Assembly: GCF_002415085.1 (NCBI RefSeq) | Contig: NZ_DIBV01000004.1 | Location: 141,586 to 205,585 of the forward strand | Direction of reading: 5' to 3' | Length of the DNA: 64,000 nucleotides | Origin: Arsukibacterium sp. UBA5043 | Lineage (GTDB): Bacteria; Pseudomonadota; Gammaproteobacteria; Enterobacterales; Alteromonadaceae | Shown: positions 58,212 through 64,000 of the stretch, piece by piece | How positions within the stretch are numbered: the stretch's first letter is position 1 | How the letters are laid out: every line of letters starts with the position of its first letter | Translations under genes and position numbers: made by a program | The notes under the pieces: generated by a model | What the model saw: the letters and a program-made list of their open reading frames with translations, nothing else | Told to the model about the DNA's origin: nothing | Database searches by the model: none

Positions 58212-61200
58212 ATGTTTAGTGCCATGCTCAGGTTTGAACTTAGCTACTATTTACGTCAGCCATCCTTTTATGTGGTGGCACTTATTTTGTTTTTAATCAG
58301 TTTTTTATCCGTAGTATCTGACTCTGTCAGTATTGGCAGTGGCGGTGAGGTGCTGAAAAACGGCAGTTTTGCTATCGCGCAAACTCTGCTGACCCTGGGT
58401 ATTTTTGCCATGTTTCTGGTGGTCAATTTTGTTGGTGCGAGCGCGCTTCGCAACAACAGCCATCAGATGGAAGAATTAATATACAGCAAACCACTGGCGC
58501 CATTTGCTTATCAGTTTGGCCGCTTTACAGGCAGTTACCTGGTGGTGCTGCTGGTTTTTTCGGCGGTACCATTGGGTATGTTGCTGGGCAGCTTTATGCC
58601 CTGGGTTGATGCCAGTCGTTTTGGTCCAACCGAATTGAGCTACTATTTAAACGCGTTTTTTCTGCTCTCGGCACCCAGCCTGTTTATCTTATCTGCGCTA
58701 TTTTATGCTATTGCCCGCCGCTTTCGTTCTATGCTGGCGTTGTATCTGGTTGCGGTAGTGCTACTGGTGTTTTATATTCTGGCCGGTAATTTTGCCCGTT
58801 TACCTGAGTACCGCCAGATTGCTGCGTTGCTCGATCCCTTTGCGCTGCGCACTTATGCTGATATCGCGCGCTACTGGACCATTATTGAAAAGAACAGCGA
58901 ATTAGTCAGTGTTAGCGGCGTATTGTTGCAAAATCGGTTGTTATGGCTGACGGCGGCGGCCGTATTGCTGGCGATGGCGGGTTTATTTAAACTGCCACAG
59001 CTTACCCGCGTTGCGGACAAAAAGCCGGGTACTAAAACCCGCGCTACGCCTGTGATACTCATGTCTACCTTGCAATTAAAAGCCAGTAGTTATAGCGCTT
59101 TACCGATGTTTTTTACCCGGATGAAATTTGAATTTAAGCAGGTAATTGTCACTGCACCGTTTTTGATTCTTGGTTTATTAACCGTCGCGAATCTGGTGGG
59201 GCCGATGTTTGCTGATTTTGGCTGGTATGGCACCTCAAACTGGCCACTTACCCAGACCATGGTCAGTGACATTACCGGCGCTATGGGGTTAATTATCTTT
59301 GTAGTGGCGGTATATTACTGTGCCGAGGTTGTCTGGCGGGAACGCAGCTCAGGTATGGGCGATATCATCGACAGTTTGCCAGTGCCTAATCTGGTGTTCT
59401 GGCTGGCCAAATTTGTTGCCGTTTGCCTGGTTATGTTGCTGTTGTACGCGTTTGCAATGGCAACAACAGTGGTATTTCAGCTGATTAAGGGCATTGAAAA
59501 CCTGGAATTACTGCAGTATCTGGTGCGGCTGGGTTATTTTACCCTGCTGCCTTTTATTCTGACTGTCGTACTGGCGTTTTTTCTGCAGGTAATCAGTCCG
59601 AATAAGTATGTAGGGATGGGGTTGTTTGTTGGTTATTTTCTGCTGACTACAGTGCTGTCGTCCTGGGGTTATGGTCACAGTATTTATAATTTCGCCACGT
59701 CACCTGCTGTTGGTTATTCTGATCTAAACGGTTACGGCTGGAGCCTGCAAAGCCATAGCTGGTATATGTTGTATTGGGGAGCGATCGCCGCCGTACTGTT
59801 TATTGTCGGTTATGGCTTGTACCACCGTGGGCCTTTGCAAAAGCTAACGGTCCGGATACGGCAGCTGCCCTATCAACTGGGCCGCAGTGGTATGGTAGCG
59901 GCTGGCGCTTGTGTGTTGCTGTCGGTTGGCAGTGGCAGTTTTTTAATCCAGCAGACCCGCTATCTGAATAGCTACCAAACGGCTGAACAACGCATGGACT
60001 TGCAGGCTGAGTACGAGAAGCAATTTGCTTCGTTAAAAGATCAACCCATTCTGGTGACCACCCGGGTAAAAGCCGAACTGGATATTTACCCTCAGGCGCG
60101 GGAAATTCAGGCCCGGTTGCTGCTGAACTGGCAGAACAAATCCGCAGAGCCAATTAGCCGCTTACTGGTTAACTGGCCAGCGCACACCGAGCAGCTAACC
60201 ATCACCATCGATAATGCCACGTTAAGTGAGCGCGATGCGCGTTTTCGTCAATCCTGGTTAACCTTTGCCGAGCCGGTGCAGCCGGGGCAGCAGGTTAACG
60301 GTGAAATCCGATTGTTACGCCAGAATCGTGGAATTAAAGAAAATAATTTTGATTACAGCGTGTTGGAAAACGGTACCTTTATTAATAACTGGGACTTACT
60401 GCCTCGTTTTGGTTATCAGGAAAACTATGAGCTGCAAGATCGCCATGAACGGCAAAAACGCGGCCTGCAACCACGACCTCGCGCCAATAAACTGGAAGAC
60501 AAGCGCTTTTATCAACAGAATTTTTTTGGTCAGGACGGCAACTTTATTCAGTTTGAAGCCGTAGTCTCAACCAGTGCCGATCAAACCGCTCTGGTCCCCG
60601 GCTACCTGCAACGGCAGTGGCAACAATACGGTCGAAACTATTTCCACTATAAAATGGACCAGCCAATGGTTAATTTTTATTCCATCTCATCTGGCCGGTA
60701 CGAGGTTGCCCGCGAGCAACACAAAGGCATAAATATTGAAGTGTATTATCATGCCGGCCACCCATGGAATGTGGCGAGAATGCTGGAGTCAGTGCGCGAC
60801 TCAATTGATTATTTCAGCGACGCATTTGGCCCCTATCAGCACCGGCAATTACGGATTATCGAATTTCCGGGTTATCGCAGTTTCGCCCAGAGCTTTGCCA
60901 ATACCGTGCCTTACTCTGAACAAATCGGCTTTATTACCGACTTGCGTGACCCGGACAATATCGACCCGGTGTACTATGTTACCGCGCACGAAGTGGCGCA
61001 TCAATGGTGGGGCCATCAGGTGGGGGCGGCCGATGTGCAAGGCAGCGCGGTTATTTCAGAGAGTTTGTCGCAATACGCTGCATTAATGGTCATGCAACAA
61101 AAATATGGCCGGGGCAATATCCGCAAGTTTATGCGGTTTGAGCTGGATCGATACCTGGCCGGGCGTTCGGCGGAACGGATTGGCGAACAGCCGTTGTTAC

Positions 61201-61772
61201 GCTCAGAAAACCAAAGTTATATTCATTATCAGAAAGGATCAGTGGTGATGATGGCCATAGCCGACCGGTTGGGGGAGGCGCGCTTAAATGCCAATTTACA
61301 GCAATTTGCCAGTCGCTATCAGTACCGCAGTGACCCATTTCCGACCACCGAAGATTTAGTACGCTTTATCAGCCTGAATACCGATGAGGCGGAGGCGGCG
61401 TTTATCCGCGATCAGTTTAATCACATTACCCTGTATGATTTACGCTTGGCCACTGCCAGCAGTGAACAGCAAGCTGATGGCCGCTATAAAGTGCAACTGA
61501 CCGTAATCGCCGATAAGCTAAGGGCCGATGAGCAGGGGCAGCAAAACAGCGAGCCGCTGAGCGAGCAGATTGATATTGGTTTATTCAGTGCCGATCCGGA
61601 CAAATTATCCAATGAAAAAGCCGTACTTTATTTGCAAAAGCATAAATTGATAAGCGGTGAAAACACCATCGAGCTGATTGTGGAGCAGCAACCACAGTTT
61701 GCTGGTGTTGACCCTTTTGTAAAACTAATTGATCGCGACAGCGCCGATAATATCAAAAAGCTAAGCCATTAA
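58212..61772 (+). CDS. ABC-2 permease fused to an M1-family aminopeptidase domain
   Basis: About 560 N-terminal residues with about 12 hydrophobic segments, then a soluble domain with HEVAHQWWG and a downstream Glu; GAGGAA SD and ATG 10 nt after the ATPase stop. Confidence 0.75.
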   Translation: MFSAMLRFELSYYLRQPSFYVVALILFLISFLSVVSDSVSIGSGGEVLKNGSFAIAQTLLTLGIFAMFLVVNFVGASALRNNSHQMEELIYSKPLAPFAYQFGRFTGSYLVVLLVFSAVPLGMLLGSFMPWVDASRFGPTELSYYLNAFFLLSAPSLFILSALFYAIARRFRSMLALYLVAVVLLVFYILAGNFARLPEYRQIAALLDPFALRTYADIARYWTIIEKNSELVSVSGVLLQNRLLWLTAAAVLLAMAGLFKLPQLTRVADKKPGTKTRATPVILMSTLQLKASSYSALPMFFTRMKFEFKQVIVTAPFLILGLLTVANLVGPMFADFGWYGTSNWPLTQTMVSDITGAMGLIIFVVAVYYCAEVVWRERSSGMGDIIDSLPVPNLVFWLAKFVAVCLVMLLLYAFAMATTVVFQLIKGIENLELLQYLVRLGYFTLLPFILTVVLAFFLQVISPNKYVGMGLFVGYFLLTTVLSSWGYGHSIYNFATSPAVGYSDLNGYGWSLQSHSWYMLYWGAIAAVLFIVGYGLYHRGPLQKLTVRIRQLPYQLGRSGMVAAGACVLLSVGSGSFLIQQTRYLNSYQTAEQRMDLQAEYEKQFASLKDQPILVTTRVKAELDIYPQAREIQARLLLNWQNKSAEPISRLLVNWPAHTEQLTITIDNATLSERDARFRQSWLTFAEPVQPGQQVNGEIRLLRQNRGIKENNFDYSVLENGTFINNWDLLPRFGYQENYELQDRHERQKRGLQPRPRANKLEDKRFYQQNFFGQDGNFIQFEAVVSTSADQTALVPGYLQRQWQQYGRNYFHYKMDQPMVNFYSISSGRYEVAREQHKGINIEVYYHAGHPWNVARMLESVRDSIDYFSDAFGPYQHRQLRIIEFPGYRSFAQSFANTVPYSEQIGFITDLRDPDNIDPVYYVTAHEVAHQWWGHQVGAADVQGSAVISESLSQYAALMVMQQKYGRGNIRKFMRFELDRYLAGRSAERIGEQPLLRSENQSYIHYQKGSVVMMAIADRLGEARLNANLQQFASRYQYRSDPFPTTEDLVRFISLNTDEAEAAFIRDQFNHITLYDLRLATASSEQQADGRYKVQLTVIADKLRADEQGQQNSEPLSEQIDIGLFSADPDKLSNEKAVLYLQKHKLISGENTIELIVEQQPQFAGVDPFVKLIDRDSADNIKKLSH

Positions 61773-61793
61773 TTTAAGCTGGTCAGGGTGCAG

Positions 61794-61819
61794 GGGCAAC
61801 AGGTACACTGTTGCCCTTT
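61794..61819 (+). terminator. rho-independent terminator
   Basis: GGGCAACAG-GTACA-CTGTTGCCC-TTT. Confidence 0.6.
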
Positions 61820-61852
61820 AAAATCCAGTTTAATAGCTGAGTGAGACGGTAA

Positions 61853-62605
61853 ATGTCATCCATTTTGCTGCTGCAAAGTGCCGGCTTAAGCGCCGATTAC
61901 AGCCAGCAACTACAACAGCAGTTCGGCCTGCAGCTGACAACGGAGCCAGATGGCTGGTACCTGAGTATGCAGCAAGGCGCATTGGTACTGCTAAACAGCC
62001 GCTTACCAAAGCAAGGCGCGGTCCTGGTCGATTTTTCCAGTGGTGCCAGCAGTTACCGACGCCAGCATGGCGGTGGCAAAAGTGAAGCGATAGCCAAAGC
62101 CGTAGGGCTGCACAAAAAACGTGATTTACAGGTCCTGGATGCGACGGCAGGTCTTGGCCGCGATGCTTTTGTACTGGCCAGTCTGGGAGCCACAGTTACC
62201 CTGGTAGAACGCAATCCTGCAGTTGCCGCATTGCTGGCAGATGGCTTGCGCCGCGCAGTGGCTGATCCCATGTTAAGCAGCGTAGCCGGTCGCATGCAGC
62301 TGTGTCATTGTCCGGCAATACAGGCGCTTAAAAATAGCGCTGCGGTAGATGTCGTGTTTCTGGACCCGATGTTTCCGGCAAGAGAGAAATCGGCTCAGGT
62401 TAAAAAAGAAATGCGGGCTTTTCATGATGTTGTTGGCAGTGACCATGACGCAGACAACTTGCTGGCACCGGCCTGGCAATTGGCTGAAAAGCGGGTGGTG
62501 GTAAAGCGGCCGGGCTACGCCGATTATCTGGCCGGGCAGCAGCCAACCATGTCGATCAGCGGCAAAAACAATCGCTTTGATGTCTATGTTAAAGCTGCCA
62601 TTTAG
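61853..62605 (+). CDS. rsmJ: 16S rRNA (guanine1516-N2)-methyltransferase
   Basis: 250 aa; SAM motif VLDATAGLGRDAFVLASLG, DPMFP motif; near prlC as in E. coli. Confidence 0.8.
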   Translation: MSSILLLQSAGLSADYSQQLQQQFGLQLTTEPDGWYLSMQQGALVLLNSRLPKQGAVLVDFSSGASSYRRQHGGGKSEAIAKAVGLHKKRDLQVLDATAGLGRDAFVLASLGATVTLVERNPAVAALLADGLRRAVADPMLSSVAGRMQLCHCPAIQALKNSAAVDVVFLDPMFPAREKSAQVKKEMRAFHDVVGSDHDADNLLAPAWQLAEKRVVVKRPGYADYLAGQQPTMSISGKNNRFDVYVKAAI

Positions 62606-62655
62606 CATCGCGAAAAAATAAATACTGTTAACAAGTAAACTCAGGGGAAATACCA

Positions 62656-63129
62656 ATGATTAAAACCGGCGACAAGTTACCAGAAGTCAGTTTTTCACAA
62701 CTGACCAAAGAAGGGGTAATGAATCCTACCACCAGCCAGATATTCGCCAATAAAAAGGTACTGATGTTTGCCGTACCAGGTGCGTTTACGCCTACCTGTT
62801 CCGCGGCCCATTTACCCGGTTACATTGCGCTGGCGGATCAAATTAAAGCTAAAGGCGTTGATACCATTATTTGCACCGCCGTAAACGATGCTTTCGTCAT
62901 GAGTGCCTGGGCCAAAAGCCAGAATGCTGAGGAAATTGTGTTTTTAGCCGATGGTGGCGCGGCGTTTCATACCGCTGTTGGCCTGACCATGGAAACCGGC
63001 GATTTTGGCGGGGTACGCTCGCAGCGTTATGCCATGCTGGTAGAAAACGGTGTGGTTACCCAACTGAACGTCGAAGCACCAAAAACTTTTGAAGTCAGCA
63101 AAGCTGAAGTGATGCTGGCAGGATTGTAA
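62656..63129 (+). CDS. Prx5-type peroxiredoxin
   Basis: 157 aa; peroxidatic Cys context PGAFTPTCS. Confidence 0.85.
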   Translation: MIKTGDKLPEVSFSQLTKEGVMNPTTSQIFANKKVLMFAVPGAFTPTCSAAHLPGYIALADQIKAKGVDTIICTAVNDAFVMSAWAKSQNAEEIVFLADGGAAFHTAVGLTMETGDFGGVRSQRYAMLVENGVVTQLNVEAPKTFEVSKAEVMLAGL

Positions 63130-63137
63130 ATGTTAAG

Positions 63138-63176
63138 CGCGCAATTTGTAATGAGGTATCACGTTTTGCGCGTTTT
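63138..63176 (+). terminator. possible terminator hairpin
   Basis: CGCGCAA-21 nt-TTGCGCG followed by TTTT; the large loop lowers confidence. Confidence 0.4.
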
Positions 63177-63190
63177 AAAGAGATTTTAGT

Positions 63191-64000
63191 ATGGCATTTC
63201 TGACGACCTTAAAGCGCCATTTTCAGCGTAAGCTCAAATCATTGCGAGGCGTGCCGTTACAATATACGGCGCATTCACGAGTTATCAAACAGTGGGCTAA
63301 CCGTGATAGCTTAGATAAGTGCCGCCATAACCTTAATAGCGAGCTAATTGTTAATCTAACTTCTTATCCACCACGTTTTGCCACGCTACATCTCACGTTA
63401 AAATCCTTACTACTACAAAATGTCATTGTCGACAAAGTGGTGTTGTGGCTGTATAAAAATGATTATCAGCAACTGCCGTCAGACGTATTGGCACTGGAGC
63501 AGCATGGGTTAACTATTGAGCTTGTGGAGCAGGATATTAAGTCTTATAAAAAGCTTATCCCGGCATTACTTCAATATCCTGAGGCCTACCATGTTACTGC
63601 TGATGACGATATTTATTATCGCAATGATTGGTTGGCTGAATTGCTGGCAGGCTACCGAGGCGGCAAGCACGAAATTGTATGTTTAAGAGCACACTATATA
63701 ACTTTAGATAATCAAGGGTATGTACAACCTTATCGCTTTTGGCAGGCTAAAACCGAACAGCGTGGGCCAGATAATCGCTTATTTTTTACCAGTGGTGCCG
63801 GTGCATTATTTCCACCGGGTTCATTGCATCAAGATGTGACAGATGTGGCTAAGTTTTGCCGCTTATCGCCTCATGGCGATGATATTTGGCTGTACTGGAT
63901 GGCCGCCTTAAACAATTGCGCAATTCATCGCACCGGAAGTAATAAAAAACTCATTGTCTGGAAAAGTAGTAAGTCGGTATCGCTATGGCAACTAAACAAG
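63191..64000 (+). CDS. putative GT-A-type glycosyltransferase (5' part; runs off the window)
   Basis: Open frame from ATG 63191 to the window end (270 codons, absent from the track because it has no stop); LIVNLTSYPPRF start of a Rossmann-like domain and a DxD-like TADDDIYY; more AT-rich than neighbours. Confidence 0.5.
   Translation, partial: MAFLTTLKRHFQRKLKSLRGVPLQYTAHSRVIKQWANRDSLDKCRHNLNSELIVNLTSYPPRFATLHLTLKSLLLQNVIVDKVVLWLYKNDYQQLPSDVLALEQHGLTIELVEQDIKSYKKLIPALLQYPEAYHVTADDDIYYRNDWLAELLAGYRGGKHEIVCLRAHYITLDNQGYVQPYRFWQAKTEQRGPDNRLFFTSGAGALFPPGSLHQDVTDVAKFCRLSPHGDDIWLYWMAALNNCAIHRTGSNKKLIVWKSSKSVSLWQLNK

Overview
About 64 kb of densely packed gammaproteobacterial chromosome, roughly 50% GC by eye. 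Gene content resembles aquatic Alteromonadales/Chromatiales-type genomes, but the taxon cannot be fixed from this window. I support about 57 protein-coding genes on both strands. I recognised no rRNA, tRNA, CRISPR array, transposase, integrase or prophage genes. Most of the window is housekeeping or periplasmic metabolism: many peptidases (M24, GGT, S10, S9/PtrB, M16, M3/PrlC, M1 fusion, Map, C39-like); redox defence (katG, gor, Prx5-type peroxiredoxin); metal homeostasis (two TonB-dependent receptors, ZIP transporter, two bacterioferritin subunits); PhoX phosphatase, cysM and fumC. The most interesting locus is at 8244-12135. It holds a GlrK/QseG/GlrR-type sigma-54 two-component system. Just upstream, where enterobacteria carry the sRNA gene glmY, there is a TGTC-N10-GACA enhancer palindrome, a -24/-12 promoter and a strong SD. 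These precede a 58-codon membrane-peptide ORF (below the ORF-track cutoff) and a clean terminator. Other uncharacterised modules: (1) a PA2778/PA2779 C39-like peptidase pair with a possible Gly-Gly substrate; (2) a porin-BCCT-DUF294-exonuclease operon; (3) an ABC ATPase plus permease::M1-aminopeptidase fusion; (4) a lipase-like gene with an unknown membrane-anchored partner; (5) a ParD-like gene overlapping a second map gene. Two different metalloregulator boxes are readable: Zur-type upstream of a His-rich TonB receptor and Fur-type upstream of the ZIP transporter. All functional calls rest on motifs and remembered family features, not on database searches.
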